From: Lepidodermella squamata
Lineage: Eukaryota; Animalia; Gastrotricha
Length of the DNA: 64,000 bases
Direction: 5' to 3'
Assembly: GCA_047495785.1 (NCBI GenBank)
Contig: JBLDXI010000003.1
Location: forward strand, 2,356,001 to 2,420,000
The notes under the pieces are model-generated. The model did no database searches. It had not been told where the DNA came from and worked only from the letters and a program-made list of their open reading frames with translations. The translations under genes and the position numbers were made by a program. Below are positions 1 to 11,149 of this stretch, piece after piece; positions within the stretch are counted from its first letter, which is position 1; every line of letters begins with the position of its first letter.

Positions 1-197
1 CGACTCATGCGCTTTGCTTTAACGGCGCAATCTTCGTGGCGATATAGCCATCTTTCAACGCGCAATGGAGAATCTTTGATCTCGGCAGCCACGGCTCGAG
101 ACAATGACCTACGCGATATCGCCTTATCTTTTTTCCACTCATCGAGGCGACGGCTTATAACATCAACTTGCCAGGGCTCGAAAGAGAACTTCAACAT
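1..197 (-). CDS. Type A multi-homeodomain gene, copy A0 (5' end only; runs off the window)
   Basis: ATG at 197 gives MLKFSFEPWQVDVISRRLDEWKKDKAISRRSLSRAVAAEIKDSPLRVERWLYRHEDCAVKAK, closely similar to exon 1 of copies A2 (13880) and A3 (23846). Confidence 0.8.
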   Translation of the reverse strand, partial: MLKFSFEPWQVDVISRRLDEWKKDKAISRRSLSRAVAAEIKDSPLRVERWLYRHEDCAVKAKRMS

Positions 198-1512
198 TAT
201 TCTACAAAAATGTATTAGCAAAACGCTTATTATTTTTGATTTATCTGCCTGGAGGTTGATTCGTTCTCCCCAAGTATGTTTTTCGAGAGTTCGAGAAATC
301 AGTTTGTGAGCTGGTGGGTGTATGCGATGCGCTGTGTACGTATGTTTTTCCTCGTATTCGTTAGAAAAAAATTAGAAACGAGTTTGTGCGAGAACCTTAA
401 CCATCGGAAACTGAGATTAAATAAAGCGTGTAATTTTTGATGGTTTTGTTGAAAATACGAAAATTAAATATTCCGATGGTTCCGAGGCTTCAAGTTGAAA
501 TGGTTCGAGAAAAGAAAATAAGTTTCGATGGTTTCATTTTACTTCGAGAGTTGGTGAGCAATTCATCACGCCCCAGATCGTTACTTCTAGTGAGAACGCT
601 AACAAAATGCAAGCTTTGTAAAAAGCTATCAAGTGAGCATTGACTACCTAATTAATAATTGACCGTTAAAGAAATAAAAAGGATATTTGCCGAATTTTAG
701 CGTTTTTTCTGTATTTTTTAGCAAATCGCAAATTGAATTTCGATTTGAAAAGGGACGATTTTTGGATTCCAAGACATTAGTACTCTGTTTTTCTGGGGGA
801 TTTCGAATTTTCAAAATTCAGACCTCTAGGAGGCTTCCGTCTACCGCAAAAAACGAAAGACCCAGAGTGTTGCCTAAGAAACCTTTAGGTTGATTTAGGT
901 TGACGTGAAAGCACAAGCTTGATTCCATCAACATTTTTGATTAAATAGCAAGATTCCTCACGTTAGATTACCCCGAAAAAACCTGGTCTGTGCATTATAA
1001 AATAGCATCAGACCTCTCTTTGATATCGTTCGACTCCTCGTTAATTGATCTTGGAAGCGGCATCAAAACCTCACGATGTCAAAAGTTTCGTCAAACCCCA
1101 TTTTTCACTTGTTAACGGTCATTTTCGATTTTCTGATAAGGATATAATTTTTCTAATTTTAAGAGTGGAAGATACAAATGAACAAGATTCTCAGGAGTTC
1201 TGTCATTCAGTTATAATAAAAACAATTAGAGAAAACAAAATTACAGTTAAAAAAGAATTATATTTAAAGCATTTGAATATACATGAATTTTCCGCTATTT
1301 CAAGCAACTGCAGAGCTGTAGAACGAGCAGTTGCTTCAAAAGTCGAGTTATGAACGATGCAAAGCGGACCGCAAAGCCGTTCACAAAACATTTCCCAAAA
1401 TAATGAAAATATTTCCTCTGAAAAAAAGAAAAAACCAATTCAATTCCAAAGTTCCTCGAATTCAACTAAATTTACTTAATTTTCAAAATCCATTCTTTAT
1501 TTTACTTCGCTA

Positions 1513-1678
1513 TCGTTCGTGGCGCGGAAGAACCCGCACTTCGATGATTTTTTGCCCTGACTGTACCCCGCGAGTACAGCCTTGGATACTATATGCAATA
1601 CTGCGCGTTATGCTGTACTCGCGGGTACAGTCAGGGCAAAAAATCATCGAAGTGCGGGTTCTTCCGCGCCACGAACGC
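1513..1678. mobile_element. Short foldback element / MITE
   Basis: Near-perfect inverted arms of about 67 bp (1514-1580 vs 1612-1677, cgttcgtggcgcggaagaacccgcacttcgatgatttttt...) around a 31-bp spacer, with TA on both flanks. Confidence 0.85.
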
Positions 1679-1764
1679 TATAACATATCGCTAAAACAAT
1701 AAAAAAAGATACCGTCAACGGGAGAGACTTCAAGCAGTAAGGGGACATTTACACGCCAAAATGT

Positions 1765-2005
1765 GGTGACTTTGGCTTATCAAAAATCGAAGATGATGAG
1801 GTAAAGAACCTGTGAGTGCGGTGTACCGTTGGATAGCCTGAGGGAAGGGAAATCTGAAAATGGCTCGTTATTTCCATTTTTATTAGAAATTTTCCCTAAA
1901 CTCTAGCTTCTATTTCAAGACCCTGAATGGTTTTCTGGCCTTCTATCCAACGGTACCCCATTCATATGGTCTTTCTCTTCGATTATTGATATGTCTAAGT
2001 CGACG
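1765..2005. repeat. Degenerate inverted-repeat element; related pieces at about 17830-17880 and 22890-23020
   Basis: Left arm gtgactttggc..aaaatcgaagat..gtaccgttggatag pairs imperfectly with right arm ctatccaacggtac..tcttcgatt..aagtcgac. Similar sequence recurs elsewhere in the window. Confidence 0.45.
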
Positions 2006-2209
2006 GTAGGTTCTGCGATTTATAACCACAATGTTTATGTATTATGAATTAACGAACGAGTTTAAATTAAATTACACACCATAAAACAAAACAAAAATTG
2101 ACAGAAAATTTCATTGAATATCAAACAGCAATATAATTTGAGAATAGGTAGTAATTTCATGAACGCAATTTTAATGATGAAACCAAGAAAATCAAGGATG
2201 AAACAAAAC

Positions 2210-3503
2210 TTAAGAAGAAACTCTTTTGACACGCTTCCTCGATATGCCATTTTCCAAGCGTTTCCGCGTGAAAAACTTTCCAGCTTGACGCCAACCGACT
2301 AAAAAACACTCCACAAGCGTCTGAAGCCTTTGTTTCGTCAATACAGGTGACTCGTCGAACGCCTTGGTAAGAGACAAAATCTGAGCGGCATTCAACGGCG
2401 GACTTACAGGTTTCCTAGGCACGAGATCACAACGCTGCTTCAAACACTGCCTCCTAAACCAGCCCATGATGGCTTTTTTGTTGATAGAAAGCTCTTCAGC
2501 CAATGATTCGAAAATTCGGTCGTCGAATTTTCCGCCTTTCTCTTTTTGATCACGGAGTAGGTCGTGCATTCTTTTGAGCTGTTCTGGGGAAAATAACCTG
2601 CTCCGAGTCCGAGTTTGACTAGGCATGAGACTGCGACGTTGCTTCACGCGCTGCTTCCTAAACCAGCTCGTGATTGATCGGCGTTGGACAGCGAACTCTT
2701 CTGCCAACAGCTTGTACACATTGACGTCAAATTTCTCGCCTTTCTCTCTTTGTTCACGAAATCGGTCTTGCATTATCTTGAGCTGCTCCGCTGAGAATAT
2801 CTTGCTCCGAGTCTCAGTTGAACCAAGCTACGCATTTTATTGAAAACAAACGAAGTCCGCAAAACAAGTCAATGTAGAGCAAACAATGGTGAAAACAAGT
2901 TAACTTACATACCTCAGACGTTCGCCTTGCTTTGACCCAACAAGCAATAGACCGCTTAGATAGACTCATTCTGGCAGCCAATTGATCGACGCGATCAACA
3001 CTGAATGTGCTATTCCTTTCGTATTCCTGACGAAATAATAAACATTTGCGAGCAACTTTAAATTGAATGTAAAAAAGAAACCGTTTCAAGGATGGTTCTG
3101 AATTTCTCGCTTATTCTGGCATTCCTCGGCATTCTCTCCAGGTGAGAGCTTGCACGAATTATATACCTCGCTCTATAGAACCAACACGATACTTCACGCG
3201 GGGTCAAACCAGCATTGCTTGCGATTTGTGTGATATCTTCTTTCCGTGGATAAGCGCTGTTTTGGAAGGCAGCGACTAAAATCTTCAGCTGTGATGGACT
3301 CTTCGACTTTCTTCTAACAGCGCGATCTTCGTGGTGTAATTGGCTCGCAATGTCCATTTTTAAACACGTAATGGAGATTCTTTGACTTCGGCAGCCACAG
3401 CTCGGGACAACGCCTTACGTGATATCGTCTCAACCTTTCCCCACACTTAGAGACGATAAAGTAAAATATCAACTTGCCAAGGCTCGAAACAGCACTTAAA
3501 CAC
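2210..3503 (-). pseudogene. Type A multi-homeodomain gene, copy A1 (first homeodomain disrupted; possible 5-homeodomain product from ATG 3357)
   Basis: The start is mutated to GTG (3503), with in-frame TAA at about 3447 and 3360 and a frameshift. Downstream exons 3357-3082, 3026-2913 and 2827-2210 join in phase 0 with GT-AG introns and encode homeodomain-like repeats (EVSCWFYRAR, SITSWFRKQR, AIMGWFRRQ). Confidence 0.8.
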
Positions 3504-4078
3504 TAGCCTACAAAATATATAGCAGCAACTCATTAACTTTTCAATATATCTGCCTGGAGGTGGACTAACATCTAACTCTCCTCCATAAGGACGTTTTTCG
3601 AAGGTCAGCAGTCAGCAGAGAGTGAGCACGTCATCACTTCGCCGGATCGTTGAACTCTTTGCAAAAAACTGGAAAAATGCAAACTTCGTATGAGCTATCA
3701 AATGAGCATTGAGATCGTAGCGATCATAGTGCACACGGGGATACGAGTTAATTTTTTAATTAAGGAAGACTTTTGTCAAAAATTCCTCGATATGCTTGAT
3801 ACGTCACATTCGTTGGATGGATGGGCCGAGGCCATGAGTCCCGAATGAGCGCTCTTTCGAGGAGTCTTTAGGACAGCTAAAGAATATTCGAAGACTTTTG
3901 TCATTTTCGGAATGTTCGGAACAAAAGAACTAGCTTTTCAGGAGTTCTGTCATTTAGTTCTATTGAAATCCTAACAAATTAGAGAGAAATCAAAATGACA
4001 GTTAAAAATGATTCATATCGAAAGCCTCTGAATACATGAAAGATGTTTCGTCGTAAAATTGTTCATCAATGACCGGCA

Positions 4079-5308
4079 TCACAGCAGTAAGTCAGCTTGA
4101 GATTCAATATCACTGAACAACAGAAAATCGGCCAAACACTTTGGCAGGCCGAAACTCGCTAGAGCAGTCTGTCTTCGAGACATACCCATTGGCAAAGTCC
4201 GCAAAATCACGTGCCGGCACGACGATTGCAAAGACTCCGGTAAAGACTGAGCAACAAACTTGGCCAGCTCAGATTCATGCAAATCTTCTTCTTCGAGAAT
4301 TTCATGTTTTTCCAAGTTCAGTTTTATCGCAGACATCTCGTTGCTCCTAGCAATACATACGATTCGCAAAGCCAAATTGGCATGGCTTCCTCCCCTGATC
4401 CGGTAATGAACATCAACACGCGACATTAACTTTTCCAAGTTAGAAGTCAACCGAATTCCGGCGCGTAAAAGCGGGAGGACTAAATATTTCACATTTTTCA
4501 CAAATTTCACAACTGGACTACAAATCGCAACATTGAGATCCCTCGAAAAGAACCTGTTTTCATAGTCATTCGGTAATAAAGCGTGGTCTATGAACCCTGC
4601 TAATATTTCCGGCCCGATCGTCGAAAGATCTGGTAGAGAATCGATTATTCTCGTAAAATCCCGTTCCTCGCGCATCCGAAACGTTTTTAGCCCTGGATTC
4701 CTCTCGAGATAAGAAAACAGCGTAGTCATGAGAAATTTGACTCGAGGCAGATTGATTCTCAGCTTGAAAAGCGTTAATGAGTGCGATATGGGGTGCCATT
4801 TCGGCTCCCAATTCTTTAAAGCCCCCATTTGAAGCAACAACTTGAAACTTTTCACGCCGCAATTATCAAAATTCGAAAAGTGCTTCATGATAAGATGAGC
4901 GCCAATGCATCCCGGCAAGTTCTTAATTTTGCCAGAAACTAATTTCAAAGCCTCATAATCGGAAAGAATTCCAGCGTTGAAAATGATCAAACCGTCAATA
5001 ACTTGGAATGTATCGAATTTCGGGCTAATTTTGTAGATATCAACGCATTCTTTGACAAACTGGGCCCGGATTACATCAACAGCAACCTTTGGGTGGGTAT
5101 CAAGGTAATCAGGATGAGGTGATAGATACAACATAGGCAGAAATTCGAAAACCTTGAAGTTCTTGAAATTTTGGTTCAAGCAATATTTGTAGTTACAACC
5201 AGTGGCGATTAATGCTTTTTCCAAACATTTAAAAGCAATTTCGCGGGCCGCCTGTGAAGCTTCGTCGTTGTGAACCACACACATGTTTCCATCCGTGCCA
5301 CACCACAT
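4079..5308 (-). CDS. SOCS-box protein (putative Elongin BC/Cullin-5 substrate adaptor), 409-aa ORF; 5' end uncertain
   Basis: The C-terminal PESLQSSCRHVILRTL...FGLPKCLADFLLF matches the BC-box plus Cul5-box pattern. The ORF is long and uninterrupted; the N-terminal region is not recognised. Confidence 0.75.
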   Translation of the reverse strand: MWCGTDGNMCVVHNDEASQAAREIAFKCLEKALIATGCNYKYCLNQNFKNFKVFEFLPMLYLSPHPDYLDTHPKVAVDVIRAQFVKECVDIYKISPKFDTFQVIDGLIIFNAGILSDYEALKLVSGKIKNLPGCIGAHLIMKHFSNFDNCGVKSFKLLLQMGALKNWEPKWHPISHSLTLFKLRINLPRVKFLMTTLFSYLERNPGLKTFRMREERDFTRIIDSLPDLSTIGPEILAGFIDHALLPNDYENRFFSRDLNVAICSPVVKFVKNVKYLVLPLLRAGIRLTSNLEKLMSRVDVHYRIRGGSHANLALRIVCIARSNEMSAIKLNLEKHEILEEEDLHESELAKFVAQSLPESLQSSCRHVILRTLPMGMSRRQTALASFGLPKCLADFLLFSDIESQADLLL

Positions 5309-5499
5309 TTCTTATAAATTTCCAAAATGTTAACACCTAAGAAGAAAAAATATACCGTGTTCAAGCCCGATTCAAAAACTAGATGAATAAAATATTCCGG
5401 ATCTCTTCTCGAAGCCTAACCTTTCAAAAACCTTTCAAAAAATACTATGATTTACTGTAGCTCTTTTTATTAAAAAATTTGAATTTAGCGGATTTAGTA

Positions 5500-5790
5500 T
5501 TCGACGAAATTTGATAAATCGACGACCCGTCGACTTTAACCGGAATGACCGAATTCCGATTGGCGGTGCACAACGCCTTGCATGAAAACTTACCTGAATG
5601 CCGTGCTGGCTTTCTGCCTTTTCCATCTATGCCAGTCGATATTTCAGAAAATAAAAGCACTCGGCCTTCAGGCGAAGTACGACGAAAATATGGTGCATTC
5701 CGGTGGCTGTGCTAATGTCTGGCTGCCCTTGCTTTTCTACCTTCTAATCTCGTACTACCAGCTATAGTGAAAACGAGCTTCTCGGCTACA
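5500..5790 (+). mobile_element. Degenerate MULE-type transposase fragment
   Basis: Frameshifted pieces MTEFRLAVHNAL, CLFHLCQSIFQKIKALGLQAKYDEN and LAALAFLP match the MULE pattern DFE..A, CxFH..Q, LALAFLP. Confidence 0.7.
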
Positions 5791-6208
5791 TAGTTGTCAC
5801 CGCGACGATGTCTGAGAACGAGGAACGTGAAAACTTCATCCGCCAAGGATTTCATGCATTCAGTGACGGATACGCTATAAGCTTGCATCGACAAACTTCG
5901 ATCAATGCGAGATGACATGGATCAAGTTCTGAAGTGAAATTCAATTAACCGAGCATCGTCAACCGCTACAAATAATTGAACTTCATTTTCAATGCCGAGG
6001 GTCCACATTGCGACTAACAGTTTTTCCGGTATAGAACTATCGGAGGATCACGTCACTCGAGCTCAAGCGAGCAGCCATTTGCAGAGCCAAGGAAAGTATT
6101 GGCAGGATACGTACTGGCAAAACCCATCTAGTACGTTGAGGAATCGTTCGGCTCAATTCGATATCGGACGGAATGCCACATCACTGGCAAGACTCATGAT
6201 TTGGAGAG

Positions 6209-9200
6209 GCACATTTCCGGGCCCGCCTATGTTTCGTCCGGGCGCGCGCACTGGTTGGCCGGCTGTTTCGACCAATGAGAGCGCGTAATCAGACCGCAGG
6301 CGCGCTGTTACGCCCTGCTCGATTGCGCGCGAGTATAATTACACACTTCACGGCCGCGCAGGCGAGGCCGCGCGGCAGTCGCGGTCGCAGTCTCGGCTGA
6401 ATTTTTGGCGCAAAATTCAAATTCAAATTTTGGCGCCAATTTTGAGGTGAAAGAAAATTCAAAAGGAAAATTCGTCATTACTCGTGAATCGTGCTATAAT
6501 ATTGTTCAATAATGACTAAACGCATTGCTGATCTGCCGCCTGACGTCGAGGCTATCTTGCCTGACGATGAACACCGTCTTCTTCACATCGTCACTAAATT
6601 CGAGCGGAAGAATGAGTCATCGTGGATTCTGCATTTTCGAGCGCCTTTCAAGTCAAACGAATGGGGCAGGTTTTTGGCCGGTGTACAGCGTCGCAGTCGA
6701 GTTGATTTCAAAGCTAAGCCACACGGAACGACGAAACCTAAAGGCATCAAATTCATCGCGAAGGAAGAGCTTGTGTGTAATCACGCTGACCACGAGAGCG
6801 GTGTACACGACTCGCGCAGAAAATGCGCCGCGCCCGGCGAAAAGGCGAAAAAACGGCAAGTCACCTCAAGCGGCGCTGCTCCGAAAAGCAAAATAACCGA
6901 TTGTACCGCATCGATCTCGCTTTCAGAAGTCGCACCACTGATCGACGACGGCACGCCAAAAAGTCGCGACGCAGCTCGAAAACGGCTGAGACGCGACCCG
7001 CTGATTACTTCGCACCCTACCATCGTCCAAATCGAGTGGCAGCATGACCATAATATTGGAGTCTTGGCTGCGTTAAGGTGGCGAAATCACGCCGAGGGCG
7101 TTGATACGGCAATGTTTCGCCATCTACAAGCCGAAGGTACAGCATCTGCAGCAATGCAAGCTTATAATAATGAGCTGGAGGAGCTGTATCCGGAAATACC
7201 CTGGTTGCAGCTGTCGGCTGATCGCTCGCTCTGCCCAACGCGCAAAGATTGGTACCACTTCGCCGATAAATTACAAGTAAGCACACACGGCGATCGTAAT
7301 GGAGAGTTAATGCGGTCGAAATTGAAGGAGTTAGCTGCGCAGCACTCGGAAACGTTTAGTTATCGCGAGACACTGGCGAAAAACGGCGAGCGGGTCTGGT
7401 GCTTGTTAGTTCGAACCCCGATGATGCGCCGTGTTTACGACACCGTTTCTGAAGCTCGGGACATCCTTTTTACCGATTCAACCGCCAGCTGCGATCTTGT
7501 AAACAGCTCTCTGACTTTGATAGTCAGCGCGTCATCAGCAGGCGCCTTGCCAGTAGCCGCCGCAATTCATTCATCGCAGACCGTCGATTGTTACAAGTAA
7601 GTTGAATGAATTTTATTTTATTTTTTATATTATATTTTTAGACATTTTTTTTAAATTTTATCCGAATTTTTTAATTTTAAATTATATCAAATTAAATTTT
7701 AAATTAATCTGCTAAAAAAACTGAATTTTACGGCGGAACTATTGTGCATTTTGACGTAGGGGGGAAATTTGCCGATGTGAAAATTTCTCAACCATTTTTT
7801 TAACTTGGGGCAATAATAAATTGATTTTTGTTATTTAATTCAATTTATTGTTTTTTTTTTAACAGACTGGCGTTTGGCATGTTCAAACAAACCTTGAACG
7901 GTGTTGAGCCAAAGCTGTTCTTAACAGACGACAGCGATGCAGAGCGGGAGGCTTTACGCCTTGTCTTTGTCAATTCCACTGTGTTGCTATGCGCATTTCA
8001 TATTCTCCAAGCCCTGTGGCGGTGGCTGACGAATAAAAAGCACAACATCGCTGCCGAAGACGCGCCGCTTTTGCTTCAACGTAAGTTCGGGAAATATTTA
8101 ACGCGATTGAATTTTAATTAGTTTTTTTCGCAGTGTTCCAAAATGTTGTTTTTGCACAAACCGAAAAAGAGTACGAAGCTGCACGTGGCGCTTTGCTCTA
8201 TTCGCCGCTTACTCGAAAATACATCAATTGGCGACTACACATCCTTGCCCACCTACAGCGTTCTCGCCTTTTCGTGGCTGCGTTTCGCAATTCCTACTCG
8301 CATGGTCACATGACCAACAACATCGTCGAAAGGTGAGCCCTTTATTTCTATATTATATGCAACAATTTTCAATTATTTTTGCTTCATTTCAGATGCGTTG
8401 GCATTTTAAAAGACGTGGTGTTATGCCGTGTTCGCGCCTTTAACCCTGTCGCGCTTGCGCAATTTTTGAGCGAAAAATTTGATAATTTTTTTGCGAAAAA
8501 ACTTCTTGACTTTGCGAACGGTCGCAATGATTTGAAAACGGAATGGCTGCGCTACAAAGACGCGGCAATCGTCGAAATCGCCCAGAAAAACAGCGAAATC
8601 CAAGCATTTGATGTCACGACTGCGAAGGGTGATAATTATGTTGTAAATTTGGCGGCGTGGCTGTGCAGTTGTCCTTATGGTCGAAATGGCCGGTTTTGTA
8701 AACATTTGGTAAGTAAAAATTTGGTTATTTTAATTTATAAATTTTAATTTTATTTTGAAAATTTTCGGAATTTTTTTATATTTTTATTAAATTTTTCTAC
8801 GCTCGAATTTGTATAAATTTATGAGATTAATTTTAATTTTTTAATTTTTTTAATATTCGCTCAGGTTCATGTCGCTGCTGCTAACAATGTTGCGCTGCCT
8901 ACAAGCCGCATGGTCGTTGGAACTCCCGACGTTAAGAAACTCTTGGCGTATATTGCTGTCGGAATTTATTACGACGATGAACTTTTTCTCGGCCTGACTG
9001 AGGTCAACACCAGCGCGAACGAGAACGCTGCATCGTGTTCAGCTTTTGTTAACGTACCACCGTCCAGTGGCCTCGAAATCGCCGATAATAGCGAAACCAA
9101 TGCTATTACTATTGAGCAAGAAACCGACGAGAATGCGGGAGAAGAAAACGACGACGGAACGAAATTCGCCGAAGAGTCACTCGTTAATTTCAGGTCCATG

Positions 9201-9901
9201 TGCGCTAAAGTGGAACGTCTCATCGCTGAAAACAAGTCGAATGGCGGGCTTTTGAAGCAAATGAATAAATTCAGCCATCGGCTATCAACCCTCGCAGATA
9301 CCGGTGTCATGGCGATTGAGTCTTGGCTCGCCAGGGCCTTGATGAAGTCAGGCGGACATAATCGCGGGGCGCTTATTCATGTGCAGAGTACCGCGGTCGG
9401 CCGGCGGATGTTTAACGTCGGTGGCTCCAGGCCACATCGCGCCGGAAGGAAACCAAATGGGTATCGAGCGCCGAAAAACTACGCCATTCGCCCAAGAAAT
9501 TTTCGTGAGAGAAACGGCATTCCGCCCACTCAGTGACTTGAGATTATCTCGTTGTGAGCAATAATTTAAAATAATTTGAATTCTGATTCAGTCGTTTCAT
9601 AATTTTTAAATCGATGTATTCGTTACTTGTTTATAGCGCTTTCCATGACATTTGTTGTAAGCACTCAGCTCTGAAAGTATTTGAAATTTAGTTCTGATGA
9701 TTGTTGAAATGAAATAATTGGAATAAAGTCCTGTTCTGTCTCGTTTATTTGAGTGTCGCGCGCGGCGTTATGCAATGCAAAATGCGAGTGTGCGAGCGAG
9801 CGGCGGGCGGCGGCGGCGTAATAACGCGGTCTCATTGGTCGAAACAGCCGGCCAACCAGTGCGCGCGCCCGGACGAAACATAGGCGGGCCCGGAAATGTG
9901 C
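6209..9901 (+). mobile_element. Complete Mutator-like (MULE) DNA transposon, 3693 bp
   Basis: Perfect 72-bp TIRs (6209-6280 and 9830-9901, GCACATTTCCGGGCCCGCC...) flanked by an exact 9-bp TSD TTTGGAGAG (6200-6208 and 9902-9910). Confidence 0.97.
6512..9536 (+). CDS. MULE transposase with SWIM zinc finger, 5 exons, about 828 aa
   Basis: Exons 6512-7596, 7866-8080, 8134-8332, 8393-8708 and 8865-9536 join in frame through GT-AG introns (2487 nt). Motifs: ILFTDST (D1), FLTDDSDAE (D2), CAFH, TNNIVE (E) and SWIM CSCPYGRNGRFCKH. Confidence 0.93.
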
Positions 9902-11149
9902 TTTGGAGAGCGTGAGTCAAGAGGTCAAGATTTCCCGGGAAATTTTCTCAAACTTTCTTCTCGCGTGTTTCCCTGTTACATTTTCAATCCAAGCCGAAGT
10001 TTCACATAAAGTTCACGCAGTACGCCAATTTTTCATGTTTTGCAGCCATGGCATACACAGAAGCCATAAAGGATGCCCTACGTAAAACAAACTGTTACAG
10101 TCTGGTCTATCGAACAATCAAGAATTCGCCAACGGCAACCAACGTGGTCGTGGAAGCTACCGCGGAAACAGGGGTTGATCCAAAAACCGAGGGTTGAACC
10201 AAAACAACTTTTCTCGTTAATCGGGCAAGCCATTCAACCAGGAGCAGGGAAACAACATGCATAACAATCTTCTAGCAATCGTCGAGGAATAAGCCGGCAA
10301 AAAGGCCAAGACCGGCTCCACCGAAAAACTAGCCTTTCCTAAGACTTAACATAGGATGAATTTTCAAGTTTTCACAAGTCAAAGTTAAAATGGCGCATAT
10401 TTCAAATTAATGGTATTGTAGAACATAATCTCACTAAATTCCTCGGCTTGGATCGCTTGCATTTCTCGTGAAAGATAGGCTCCGCGAAAAATGTTGCCTT
10501 CGGTTTGTTTATTCACATTCGGCTTCAGCTTTCATATGACCAACATCCCCATATGCGACCCATTTGCGATATTTCATCAAGACCTTGAAGTTCTTATCAT
10601 TGGCCTCTTCTGGCTTGCCAATATCCGTTATCTCGTTCGAATAAGTGTCGTGACGTCGATATAATCAGCATCGCGCCGATCCCCATTCAAATAATACACG
10701 ACTCGTTGCTTGTTGATGATATGCTATTTCATGGTACTTTTCGCAGGAAACAAGTAAAGTTGTGCGATTTCTAACCAAAGAGTTAAACAAATTCTACAGC
10801 ATAAAACAAAACAGTCATAAACAGCCGATTTCACAAGACAAGGAGGTCCGCCGTACTCATCGCTAAAACCATCGTACTCATAGCCAAAACAAGAAACAAG
10901 ATAGAGCAATTTCTAACCAAAAGGTTCGTGAAATCCGAGTTCTAATTCTACACCATAAAACAATACAAACATTGATTCGACTGAAGAATATAAACGCTGA
11001 ATCATTTCAAACCGCAATATGATTTGAGAACAGTAATTTTATCGATCTTCACCAATCAGTTCTGAACAATTAAACCACATACCGCAAATTAACTCTCTTT
11101 CAAGAGCAAGAGGCAGCATAAAATTAAGATACAAAATGTAGGGAAAAAA

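Noticed and set aside
1331-1702. 123-aa ORF
   Set aside because: It reads through a palindromic MITE and has no protein-like features.
5800-10720. Idea that the MULE interrupts the 5' part of the SOCS-box gene
   Set aside because: Rejoining the empty site gives stops in all minus-strand frames, and the flanks look like unrelated degenerate sequence.
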